From: Treponemataceae bacterium
Lineage (GTDB): Bacteria > Spirochaetota > Spirochaetia > Treponematales > Rectinemataceae
Assembly (NCBI GenBank): GCA_963678065.2
Contig: CAXXVZ010000004.1
Span: 512,001-576,000, forward strand
Reading direction: 5' to 3'
Length of the DNA stretch: 64,000 nucleotides
Part shown: in pieces, positions 26,926 through 36,340 of the stretch
Numbering within the stretch: the first letter of the stretch is position 1
Layout of the letters: every line of letters starts with the position of its first letter
Notes under the pieces: generated by a model
Database searches by the model: none
Told to the model about the DNA's origin: nothing
The model's input: the letters and a program-made list of their open reading frames with translations, nothing else
Position numbers and translations under genes: made by a program

Positions 26926-28197
26926 ATGAAAAAGAAGCTTGGAATGACCATGGCTCTGGGCGTATTGGCTTTGCTGGTCGCTGGTCAGTCCCTTGCGGCC
27001 GACCAGCCCAAAAAGGTGACACTGCACCTGTTGAGCCATCGGTACGCCGCGCTGGAATTCTACGCCGATGCGCTTGTGAAAGAGGCGCCGGAAAATGTCA
27101 AGGTAGAGGCCGATCTCACCACCTACGCCGACTGGCAGCAGAAGATGACCATCAATCTGTCCTCGCATTCCTCGGCGTTTGACATCACCTACATCTATCC
27201 CACGGATCTCGCGCAGTTCGCCTCAAAGGGATGGCTGATGCCGCTTGACGACCTGATCAAGAAATACGATGCCGAGTTCCACTTCTCCGATATCCCCGAC
27301 TATGTGTGGGAGGTCTACCGCTACAAAGGGAAGATTTACGGAATACCTCACCATCAGTGGGCGACTTTTCTGTTCTACCGCAAGGATGTTTTCAAGAAAA
27401 ACAATATCGCGATTCCGCAGACCTTGGATGAATACGTCTCGACCGCAGCAAAACTCACGAACAAAGATCAGTATGGTGCCCTTATGTGGCTCAAACCCGC
27501 GGACTTCCTGTCAAATCAATTCCAGATTTTCCTGACTGCCTGCGGGGGATGGTGGTTCGACAAAAACAATAAGCCCGCCGTCAACAGCCCCGAAGCGATG
27601 CTCGCCATCGAGTATATCAAAAAGCTCCTCCCGTATAGCCCGCCCGGCGTCATGAATTTCGGTACGGATGAAGGCACTGTCGCCCTGGCGCAGGGACAAT
27701 CCGCGATGGGAATCCACTGGGGCACCCGCGCCAGCACCATGGACAATCCCGAGCAGTCCAAGGTCGTCGGTCTCATCGGTTTTGCCCCCTCTCCATCCCT
27801 TAAGCGAGGAGGGAATCCTGCGAGCATGTTCGCCACCGCAGGCTACGCCATCTCCGCCTTTTCAAAGAACGATCCTGACCTGATTTTCCAGACGATAGCG
27901 CGAGCCACCGATTCGGAAACACAGAAGCGAGGAGCGGTGGCAGGCATGCCCGTGCGCCTTTCTGCCATTACCCCCGAGTTGCTTAAAGAAAGACCAGATT
28001 ATGATGCGACCATCCAGGCGCTCAAGTCAGGAGCCCGGATGAGGCCGACGTTCCCTGAGTTCAATGAAATCCAGGAAATTACGATGCGCTATCTGGCTAA
28101 GGCGCTCGCTGGACAGATGGACACACAGGCTGCGATGGACGCGGCCGCGAAGGAATCGACTGTCATCATGGAACACGCTGGGTACTACAAGAAATAG
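26926..28197 (+). CDS. Sugar (CUT1) ABC transporter substrate-binding protein
   Basis: Signal peptide; GWLMPLD, YKGKIYGIP, LFYRKDVF, PQTLDEY. RBS AAGGAGG. Confidence 0.9.
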   Translation: MKKKLGMTMALGVLALLVAGQSLAADQPKKVTLHLLSHRYAALEFYADALVKEAPENVKVEADLTTYADWQQKMTINLSSHSSAFDITYIYPTDLAQFASKGWLMPLDDLIKKYDAEFHFSDIPDYVWEVYRYKGKIYGIPHHQWATFLFYRKDVFKKNNIAIPQTLDEYVSTAAKLTNKDQYGALMWLKPADFLSNQFQIFLTACGGWWFDKNNKPAVNSPEAMLAIEYIKKLLPYSPPGVMNFGTDEGTVALAQGQSAMGIHWGTRASTMDNPEQSKVVGLIGFAPSPSLKRGGNPASMFATAGYAISAFSKNDPDLIFQTIARATDSETQKRGAVAGMPVRLSAITPELLKERPDYDATIQALKSGARMRPTFPEFNEIQEITMRYLAKALAGQMDTQAAMDAAAKESTVIMEHAGYYKK

Positions 28198-28245
28198 AGT
28201 AGGTGCGGCGGTGAGCCGTTGTGGCCAACACGCCGCCTGCAGGAA

Positions 28246-28273
28246 CGCGGCCGCCCGCATGCGGGCGGCCGCG
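28246..28273. repeat. Perfect 28-bp GC-rich palindrome between the SBP and permease genes
   Basis: CGCGGCCGCCCGCA|TGCGGGCGGCCGCG. Confidence 0.85.
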
Positions 28274-28300
28274 GACCACTCTGTCATCATAGAGGCTGCC

Positions 28301-29161
28301 ATGAAGAGAACGAAATACCTGTTATTCGCAACACCGAGCCTGCTGCTCATGTGCGTCGTCATGCTCTACCCTCTCTGTTACGCCTTCTGGCACAGCCTCT
28401 TCTCTTACAATTTGGGCGACACTCCCCGTTTCGTCGGGCTCGGGAATTACATCAAGGTTTTCAGCGATCCGGATTTTCTTCACTCGGTGCAGGTGAGCCT
28501 GGTCTTCTCCGTGGTGACGGTGAGCGCCGAATTCATCCTCGGGCTCTCGGTGGCTCTTCTCCTGGACCGGATCACTCTGGGGAAACGACTGCTCACTGTG
28601 CTGATTTACCTTCCATTTGTAGTGACCCCATCGGCTACCGGCGTGATATTCAAATGGCTCTTCATGCCACAATGGGGGATTCTGAATCAGTTCCTGAAAG
28701 GATTGTCGATTGTCCCCCCGAGCTGGTTCGACAACTCGTTCTGGGCAATGGTCGCCGTGATCGTCGCCGAGATCTGGCAGAACACGCCCTTCGTCGTGAT
28801 CGTGCTGTATTCCGGCCTTCAATCCATCCCGGTGGAATGCATCGAAGCGGCGGAGATGGACGGCGCCTCGCAGGGCAGGATGCTCAGAAGCATCGTGCTG
28901 CCCCTCCTGCGACCATTGGTTCTGGTCATCATCATGATGAGGACCATGGACACCTGGAGGTTATTCGACCGCATTTATGTCATGACAGCGGGCGGACCGG
29001 GAAGCGCTACGGAAACAATGACACTCTACAATTTCCGCATATCCTTCAAAATGCTGAGGGTCGGAGAGGGATTGGCTGTAGGGATTTGGACCTTGGTTTT
29101 CCTCGCGATTCCCATAATAACGTACCTCCGTTCGATGAAGTCCAAGGAGGTCGAGCAATGA
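28301..29161 (+). CDS. Sugar ABC transporter permease (MalF-like)
   Basis: FVGLGNY, WQNTPF, EAA loop (IEAAEMDGAS), TAGGPG.AT. Confidence 0.9.
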   Translation: MKRTKYLLFATPSLLLMCVVMLYPLCYAFWHSLFSYNLGDTPRFVGLGNYIKVFSDPDFLHSVQVSLVFSVVTVSAEFILGLSVALLLDRITLGKRLLTVLIYLPFVVTPSATGVIFKWLFMPQWGILNQFLKGLSIVPPSWFDNSFWAMVAVIVAEIWQNTPFVVIVLYSGLQSIPVECIEAAEMDGASQGRMLRSIVLPLLRPLVLVIIMMRTMDTWRLFDRIYVMTAGGPGSATETMTLYNFRISFKMLRVGEGLAVGIWTLVFLAIPIITYLRSMKSKEVEQ

Positions 29162-29982
29162 GGAAGATTTCTCCCGCCAGAAAGGCAGCGGCCTATATCC
29201 TGCTCACTGCATTTGCCGCATTCTGTGTATTCCCCCTGGTTTATACGCTCCTTATCTCCCTCAAGACCCCGGCGGACGCATTCTCTATTCCTTTCAAATG
29301 GAAATTCAAACCCACGTTCAAGTACCACAAGTTCTTGTGGATCGAAAAAGGGTTTTTGAAATACCTCGTCAACAGCCTGTTGACCGCGCTAGGGACCGTC
29401 TGCATCTCGGTTCCCGCCGCCACCTTCGCTGCGTACGGATTGGTGCGATATGGCGGGAAGCTCGAATCGCGGATCCTCCAGTCAGTGCTGTCGGTGCGCA
29501 TGTTCCCTCAAATGCTGCTCGTGATGCCCTATTTCATCATCGGCAGCACACTCTCTCTCATCGATACCAGGATCATCCTCATATTGATCGTAGTGGCGGC
29601 GAACCAACCTTACTCCATCTGGCTGATGCGCGGTTTTATCATGACGATTCCCAAGGAACTGGACGAGGCCGCGACAATTGACGGATGCGGTCCGCTCGCC
29701 GTGGTGGGCCGCATCATACTTCCCGTCTGCATGCCGGGAATCGCGACAGCGTCGATATTCAGTTTCCTTATGTCGTACAATGAATACCTTTTCGCGCTCG
29801 TACTGACAGGGACGAATGCGAAGACATTGCCGGTAGCTATCGGCTCTTACGCCGCAGAGGATCTGGCCTACTGGTCGGTCTCCGCGGCGGGCGTGGTAGG
29901 GATCATAATCCCGGTAATCCTAATAATGTTGTTCCTTCAGAAGTACTTCGTGAAGGGACTCACGGCAGGCGCTATCAAATAA
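29158..29982 (+). CDS. Sugar ABC transporter permease (MalG-like)
   Basis: IPKELDEAATIDG, NEYLFAL, QKYFVKGLTAGAIK. ATGA overlap with the upstream gene. Confidence 0.92.
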   Translation: MRKISPARKAAAYILLTAFAAFCVFPLVYTLLISLKTPADAFSIPFKWKFKPTFKYHKFLWIEKGFLKYLVNSLLTALGTVCISVPAATFAAYGLVRYGGKLESRILQSVLSVRMFPQMLLVMPYFIIGSTLSLIDTRIILILIVVAANQPYSIWLMRGFIMTIPKELDEAATIDGCGPLAVVGRIILPVCMPGIATASIFSFLMSYNEYLFALVLTGTNAKTLPVAIGSYAAEDLAYWSVSAAGVVGIIIPVILIMLFLQKYFVKGLTAGAIK

Positions 29983-30109
29983 ATATCGAACAGCCTGCGC
30001 GCGTATCGCTGGTTCCGTGCATAATCATTGCTCTCTTGAGTCGTTTATACGACGGAGGGTGGGATGTACGTAACCATGATGTATGCAGCAAATACTTCAG
30101 GAGGGCATG

Positions 30110-32899
30110 ATGGTCGCGCATACGACAAATTCAAAAAACGACGCGAAAAAGGCGGCACAGAATCCGCGCTGCGAATATGAGACCGATCCACTCGGCATCG
30201 ATACACCGATACCACGGTTTTCATGGACAATCGACGGAGGTACCCGCGGTGAACGACAGTCGGCATACAGACTTATCGTCTCGTCGTCGGAGGCGGACCT
30301 TGAATCCAGGATCGGGGATCTATGGGATAGCGGAGTAGTCGCATCATCGCAGACGGTCAATATTGAGTATAAAGGCGCGAAGCTTGTATCCCGCACAAAA
30401 TACTATTGGTCCGTCATGTATCATTCCGGCGATGGGGAAAAGAGCCCTTGGTCCGGGACGGCTGTTTTCGAAACGGGTTTTCTGGATAGCTCCGAGTGGG
30501 AGGCCTCATGGATAAGGGGAAAGAACCTTTTCCGGAAAGAGTTTTTCCTGGATGAACCGATCGCGAGTGCCCGGGTATATGTGAGCGGTCTCGGATATTA
30601 CGAACTCAGGATCAACGGAAAGAAAATCGGTGAGCGCGTACTTGATCCGGCCTGGACAGATTTCAGCAAAAAAGTCTTTTACTCTACCTACGACGTGGAA
30701 GAAAATCTCGTTCAAGGCGCCAATGCGTTTGCAGTGATGCTGGGAAACGGCCGGTACAGTCCCTACGATTCCACGTGCGGGAAAAGCTGGCATCCATTGA
30801 GAAAATTCGGCGAGTCTCCCGTCCTGATATTGCAGGCGCATGTAAAATATGTCGACGGCCGCGAAGCGGTGATAGTCAGCGACAGCTCGTGGAAGACGAC
30901 TTCAGGCCCTCTCACCATGGACGATCTTTACGATGGCGAAACCTACGATGCCCGTCTTGAACGCGATGGATGGGATCGCCCCGGCTTCGATGGCTCTTTG
31001 TGGAGCGAGGCTGTTCTGGTCGCGGAAGCGATGGGACGGTTGGTATCCCAGACAGGGTTCCCACCAATAAAAGTCATTCGCACAATGCAGTCCGTGGGAG
31101 TAAAGAATGTCGCCCCAAATGTGTATGTCTATGATTTCGGGCAGAATTTTTCAGGCTGGGTGAGGTTGCGGGTCGAGGGTCCTGAAGGAACCGAAGTAAA
31201 ACTCCGCTTCGCAGAACTCTCGAACGAGGACGGCTCGCTCGACCCATCGACAAACCGCAATGCAAAAGCCACTGACCGCTACATATTGAAAGGCTCGGGC
31301 ATCGAAGAATACGAACCCCGGTTCACATATCATGGCTTCCGCTTCGTCGAAATGACGGGGTTCCCCGGGACACCCTCGCTGGACAGCATCGAAGCGAAAG
31401 TCGTCCATACCGCGGTGGAGATAACAGGCGGCTTCTCGTGTTCGCACCCGCTCATCAACAGAATCCATTCCAATTACCTCTGGACCCAGCTTTCGAACTT
31501 CATGAGTGTTCCTACCGATTGCTCCCAGCGCGATGAGCGGATGGGCTGGGTCGGCGATGCGCAGCTGTCGTCTGAAGCGGCAGCCTACAACTTCGATGTC
31601 GCGTCCTTCTACACCAAATTCATGGACGACATCGCATCATCGCAGAAGCAGAGCGGAAGTGTCGCCGGCGTTTCGCCGCCCTACTGGGAGTGCTATCCGG
31701 CCGATCCGACCTACGCCACGGCCTGTGTGGAATTTCCGTGGATCGTGAGCAGATACTACGACGATCGCCGGATCCTCGAAAAGAATTTCGACACGATGTG
31801 CAGGTGGGTGGCCTTCCTCGGGACGCAGGCCAAGGACGACATAGTCTCCTTCGGCCTTTTCGGAGACTGGTGTCCGCCGATGCATGCCAACCCAGTAGAG
31901 ACACCCTTTGAGATCACCTCCACCTGGTTCTACGCCCATGACACTCTCCTCGTGGCGAGGATGGCGGAACGGTTGGGCAAAATGGACAAGGCAGGCGAAT
32001 ACCGAGCCTTGTACGAACGGATCACCGCTTCCTTCAACAGGGCTTTCCTGAAAAACGGGCGCTATTCGGCCTCCAGGCATTCCGATGCCGAGCTCGCGGA
32101 AAAGATCAAGTCCTGGCTCGACATTCTGCCGGAATCCGAAAAGGAAAAAATAAAAAAACGATACGCCACATTGTACTCCGCGAGCAGCCAGACCTCGAAC
32201 CTGCTTCCCCTTTATCTCGACATGGTCCCCGCGGACAGCGTCGACGATGTCGTACAGACGCTTCTGCAGGATGTTGTGCACACGCGCAGCAACCATGTGA
32301 ACACCGGAGTCGTCGGTGTCAAATATCTCTTCGACGTGCTCGTGAAATGCGGGTACCAAGAGACCGCCTACAAACTCGCAACGCAGACCACCTTCCCGAG
32401 CTGGGGCTACCAGATCCGCGAAGGTGCCACCACGCTCTGGGAAAGATGGGAATACCTCTCCGACGACAAGGTTTTCAACTCGCACAGCCATCCTTTCCAG
32501 GGAAGCATAGATGCCTGGTTCTACAAATACCTTGCGGGGATCAACCTTGATGAGGCAGGATGCGGCTTCGAAAGAATCCTCATCCGCCCTCTGGTCGTCG
32601 GCGATCTGCGCTTCGCGCGGGCGACACTGAAGACAGTGCGGGGCACAGTTTCCTCAAGCTGGGCTCTCGCGGATGGAGTATTCAGCCTCACAGTCTCCGT
32701 ACCTGGCAACTGTGAGGCGAAAATCTGTGTTCCCAATCTTGAACTGGAGAACGTCTCGATCTCGGAAGGCGGCACCCCTGTGTGGGTGAATGGAAGGTAT
32801 ATCGCGGGAGTCGAAGGGATATCCAAGGCTGACGATGAGCCCGGTTACGTCTTGTTCAGAGTCGGATCGGGAAATTATTCTTTCGTGGCCGCAAAGTAA
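30110..32899 (+). CDS. GH78 family glycoside hydrolase (alpha-L-rhamnosidase-like)
   Basis: PLGID...PRFSW, SGLGYYEL.ING, DGETYDAR, YDFGQNFSG, FTYHGFR, PTDCSQRDERMGW.GDA, GATTLWERW, NSHSH. No signal peptide; start approximate. Confidence 0.92.
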   Translation: MVAHTTNSKNDAKKAAQNPRCEYETDPLGIDTPIPRFSWTIDGGTRGERQSAYRLIVSSSEADLESRIGDLWDSGVVASSQTVNIEYKGAKLVSRTKYYWSVMYHSGDGEKSPWSGTAVFETGFLDSSEWEASWIRGKNLFRKEFFLDEPIASARVYVSGLGYYELRINGKKIGERVLDPAWTDFSKKVFYSTYDVEENLVQGANAFAVMLGNGRYSPYDSTCGKSWHPLRKFGESPVLILQAHVKYVDGREAVIVSDSSWKTTSGPLTMDDLYDGETYDARLERDGWDRPGFDGSLWSEAVLVAEAMGRLVSQTGFPPIKVIRTMQSVGVKNVAPNVYVYDFGQNFSGWVRLRVEGPEGTEVKLRFAELSNEDGSLDPSTNRNAKATDRYILKGSGIEEYEPRFTYHGFRFVEMTGFPGTPSLDSIEAKVVHTAVEITGGFSCSHPLINRIHSNYLWTQLSNFMSVPTDCSQRDERMGWVGDAQLSSEAAAYNFDVASFYTKFMDDIASSQKQSGSVAGVSPPYWECYPADPTYATACVEFPWIVSRYYDDRRILEKNFDTMCRWVAFLGTQAKDDIVSFGLFGDWCPPMHANPVETPFEITSTWFYAHDTLLVARMAERLGKMDKAGEYRALYERITASFNRAFLKNGRYSASRHSDAELAEKIKSWLDILPESEKEKIKKRYATLYSASSQTSNLLPLYLDMVPADSVDDVVQTLLQDVVHTRSNHVNTGVVGVKYLFDVLVKCGYQETAYKLATQTTFPSWGYQIREGATTLWERWEYLSDDKVFNSHSHPFQGSIDAWFYKYLAGINLDEAGCGFERILIRPLVVGDLRFARATLKTVRGTVSSSWALADGVFSLTVSVPGNCEAKICVPNLELENVSISEGGTPVWVNGRYIAGVEGISKADDEPGYVLFRVGSGNYSFVAAK

Positions 32900-32910
32900 T
32901 GGAGGAAACC

Positions 32911-33639
32911 ATGTATCTCGAAGGCAAAGTAGCGTTTATCACAGGAGCCGGGAGGGGGATCGGCAAAGCGATCGCCCTCAGGTTCGCAGAGGAAGGGGCC
33001 GACCTGGTTGTGACCGGCAGAAACCGCGCAGCGCTCGACGAGCTGAAACCAGAAATCCAGGCGAGAGGCAGGAGACTGTTGGTCCTTCCCGGCGACGTAA
33101 CCGATGAGAACAGAGTGCGCGAAATGGTGTCGGAGGCCGAAGCCGAATTCGGGCATGTGGATGTATTGGTCAACAATGCCGGCATATCCATGGAAAAGCC
33201 GTTGCTGGAAATGCCGATGGACGTCTGGGACAAAATCATCGCGATAAATTTACGCGGCACAGTGCTGTGCACGAAGGCCATCCTGCCTGGCATGATTGCC
33301 CGTGCTTCCGGCACGATCGTCAATATCGGTTCCGCGGCGGGCCTGCGGGGTCTTCCCGGCAGCACTGCTTATAGCGCGTCTAAAGCCGCTGTCATAGCCT
33401 TCAGCCAGTCGCTGGGCGACGAGATCAGAGGTAAAGGAGTGAGGATAAACGTCCTCTGCCCCGGTCCCGTGGATACGGAACTTTTCCAGAAATCCGCCGT
33501 GCGGAACTTCATCGTCGCCAATCACGGGGACATTTTCAAGCCCGAGGAAGTCGCGTCTACTGCGCTGTATCTCGCTTCGGATATGTCGAGCGGGATGAAC
33601 AGCCAAGTTCTGACATTGAGAGGCTACAACAGATGGTAA
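32911..33639 (+). CDS. Short-chain dehydrogenase/reductase
   Basis: TGAGRGIG, NNAG, YSASK, PGPVDT. RBS GGAGGA. Confidence 0.92.
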   Translation: MYLEGKVAFITGAGRGIGKAIALRFAEEGADLVVTGRNRAALDELKPEIQARGRRLLVLPGDVTDENRVREMVSEAEAEFGHVDVLVNNAGISMEKPLLEMPMDVWDKIIAINLRGTVLCTKAILPGMIARASGTIVNIGSAAGLRGLPGSTAYSASKAAVIAFSQSLGDEIRGKGVRINVLCPGPVDTELFQKSAVRNFIVANHGDIFKPEEVASTALYLASDMSSGMNSQVLTLRGYNRW

Positions 33640-34598
33640 CGGAAATTGATCCCGCATCCAGTGGGCTGAAAGGGATTATTCCCGCCCTCATAACACCGAT
33701 GGATGAGGATGGAAAAGTAGACTATCGCCTGCTCGAAAAACAGACGGCGTATCTCTCGGACGCGGGGGTGGATGGCCTTTTCATCGGTGGGGGGACGGCT
33801 GAGGGAGCCTATCTGAGCGCCAAGGAGAAAAAGGAAATTTTCTCCACAGTACGAAATGTTTCCCGTGGCCGTCAGTTCCTCTGCGCCGCATACATACGTC
33901 CCTCAACAAAGGAAGTGCTCGAGGAAATGTCGGCGCTCGCTTCCTGCAAGCCGGATTACGTGGTTGCGGTCACGCCGTTTTATTTCTCGATGCGGCAGGA
34001 AGATATCATTGCGCACTATCAAAAGATCGCGGCCAACTCCTGCGCTCCCGTGATAATTTACAATATACCCTCAACAACGCATAATCCGATTTTGTTGGAT
34101 ACTCTCCGGGTTCTTTCGGAAGTTGACAACATCGCCGGCGTCAAAGATTCTTCCGGCGACTTCTGCGCTTTTTCGAGGGCTGTGCTGGCTCCGAGACAGC
34201 CCGGGTTCTCCTGGATCCAAGGTGAGGATTACCTGGGCGGCCCTTCGCTTATGGCTGGCGCGGAGGGAATTGTCTCCGGATTGAGCAACGCCCGCGTCGA
34301 GCCATACCTGCGCATGTATGCGGCGGCCCGGAAGGGGGATTGGGCCAGGGTGCGTGCGTATCAGAGCCTTATCGACGAAGATCTCTACGCGATCGTTCGC
34401 CTCTGCGGCAACTCGATTTCATCCGTGAAAGTCGCTTCCGAACTGGCGGGCCGGGGCAGTCGTTGGATGCGCCAGGCAAGTCTTGCGGTCCCGGCCGATC
34501 AGACGACGAGAATTGCGGAGATTCTCGAAAGATATGATAGTAAGCTGGCGACTTTTGAATCGCAGTTCCGGGACCAGCAGGAGAAGACCTTTCAGTGA
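33633..34598 (+). CDS. DapA-family class I aldolase/dehydratase
   Basis: GIIPALITP, GGTAEG, VTPFY, IYNIP, GVKDSSGD. Confidence 0.88.
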   Translation: MVTEIDPASSGLKGIIPALITPMDEDGKVDYRLLEKQTAYLSDAGVDGLFIGGGTAEGAYLSAKEKKEIFSTVRNVSRGRQFLCAAYIRPSTKEVLEEMSALASCKPDYVVAVTPFYFSMRQEDIIAHYQKIAANSCAPVIIYNIPSTTHNPILLDTLRVLSEVDNIAGVKDSSGDFCAFSRAVLAPRQPGFSWIQGEDYLGGPSLMAGAEGIVSGLSNARVEPYLRMYAAARKGDWARVRAYQSLIDEDLYAIVRLCGNSISSVKVASELAGRGSRWMRQASLAVPADQTTRIAEILERYDSKLATFESQFRDQQEKTFQ

Positions 34599-34628
34599 TT
34601 TCATAAAAGAAAATCGAAAGGAGTGGTT

Positions 34629-35270
34629 ATGCGGAACATCGAAATCCAGATCGTCAACAGGATTGCGGAACTCCGGAAAAGTCAGAACCTGACAGTGACA
34701 CAGCTGGCAGAGAAATCGAATCTTTCGCCTAGTCTCATATCGCGGATTGAAAACTACAAAATCTCCCCTCCCCTCTCCACTCTTGCCCAGATTGCGGATG
34801 CGCTCAAGGTGAACGTTTCGGATTTCCTGAAGGGCGAAGAAGAGAGCCTCTCCGTCATGATCCATAAGAAAAACGAGAAATACGAGACCATAGAAAAATA
34901 TGGCAAGAAATTTCTCATCCCCTTTTTCGACAATGCATACCGTCTCATGTCGCCCATTATTTTCATCGTCCCTCCCGACCTCAAGGAGATTCATACGATG
35001 AACCACGAGGGCGAGGAGTACATGTTCATTCTGAAAGGTTCACTCAATTTCATGTATGGCAGAGACGAATACGTGCTCAATCAGGAAGACTCCATATACT
35101 TCAAAGGGCATGTCCCGCACGGCACATACAATCTGTCAAATTCTCCTGCCGAGGTCCTGAGCATCATGACATCGCGGCAGAACCTCCATACTGGCATCAC
35201 ATCCTATAGTTTTCTCAGGGATCACCTGGACGAGAATGAAAGGCCCGTGCACAGTAAAAAGAAAACCTGA
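34629..35270 (+). CDS. XRE-family HTH + cupin transcriptional regulator
   Basis: LRK...LT..QLA...LS.S.ISRIEN....P.L.TL..IA.AL; cupin HEGEE...DSIYF...PH. Confidence 0.9.
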   Translation: MRNIEIQIVNRIAELRKSQNLTVTQLAEKSNLSPSLISRIENYKISPPLSTLAQIADALKVNVSDFLKGEEESLSVMIHKKNEKYETIEKYGKKFLIPFFDNAYRLMSPIIFIVPPDLKEIHTMNHEGEEYMFILKGSLNFMYGRDEYVLNQEDSIYFKGHVPHGTYNLSNSPAEVLSIMTSRQNLHTGITSYSFLRDHLDENERPVHSKKKT

Positions 35271-35367
35271 CCATAGACTTGCCTCGACTCTGTGTACAGA
35301 CAGGTAAGCCGCTCGCTTGCCCTGCGATGCGGGCGGCTTAACCGCACGTGCTGCCTCATCCGGGAAT

Positions 35368-35865
35368 TTAACCCGGCGCAGTGCCCAGCGGAGCCACGAT
35401 GTATGCGTGGGCAGCAGAGGTAGCCTTGCTGAGAGACGCCAGCCTGCCAAGAGCGGCATCGTATGCGAGCTTGAGTTCAACTATGTCGAGAGCGTCATGG
35501 ACAGCTTTCAGGGCGGTCTTGGCATCATTCGGGATAGAGGGCGAGCACAGGAGCCTCCGATAGGGAGGCGTGGCTGTATCATTACGCTTGATGACCTTGG
35601 CGCCTTCACGATGTTTCGAGACGAGTTTCATGCCAGGAAGGAAGTAGTTCATAAGTGGCACGGCGAAGCGATAGACCTCGGCAAGGGCAGCACGTTCCTC
35701 GTCGGTAGCAAAGCGGGCATAGCCGACGGAGCGACGGACGGCATCATCATTCCGGCACTCGACGTAGCAGTTGTCATTCTTGCGATCAGCCCGGGAGCGG
35801 GTGAAGGCGATGCCAGTGCGGGTGCAGAACGAGGCAACACCGAGGTTGATGAACTCGCCACCGTT
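35368..35865 (-). pseudogene. 5'-truncated integrase-core (DDE) transposase remnant
   Basis: NGGEFIN, FTRSR..RKNDN.YVE..N...VRR.VGY.R, N.F.P.MKL..K.R.G.KV...D....PY.RLL resembles the C-terminal half of an rve-type transposase. The N-terminus and first catalytic Asp residues are missing. Confidence 0.78.
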
Positions 35866-36065
35866 AAATCCTCCCAAAAGTAGCAGGTTCGGTTTTGTAT
35901 GCGAAATTGCCTGTTTTCCCGTGTTTAGCAGGTTCCTACGCTACAATAGATCTACACCTATTATATGCCAATTCTACAAAATAAGGCAAAACAGAGTCGA
36001 TACAGGTAAAATAAAGTAACAATTGGGAGGTGTGTGTTTTAAGTATTTCATTAAAAGGTAAAGAC

Positions 36066-36094
36066 AAAAAAAACCGGCCTTTTTAGGGGCCGGT
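36066..36094 (-). terminator. Rho-independent terminator after tRNA-Met
   Basis: Minus strand ACCGGCC..GGCCGGT stem followed by a T-tract. Confidence 0.8.
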
Positions 36095-36102
36095 CTTCTA
36101 TC

Positions 36103-36175
<73 letters not shown>

Positions 36176-36340
36176 TCGTGATGAGATGAATCTACACAAT
36201 ATGAAAACAAATGTCAATAGATGCAACGGAACGATTCACGGAGCCTGAAGTCACCGGCGGGACTTAGCGAGAAAAAGCTGGGTTTGACATACGATCCACT
36301 GCGCGGCATATTCATGGGAGAAGAATTCCGGAGGAAAGCC

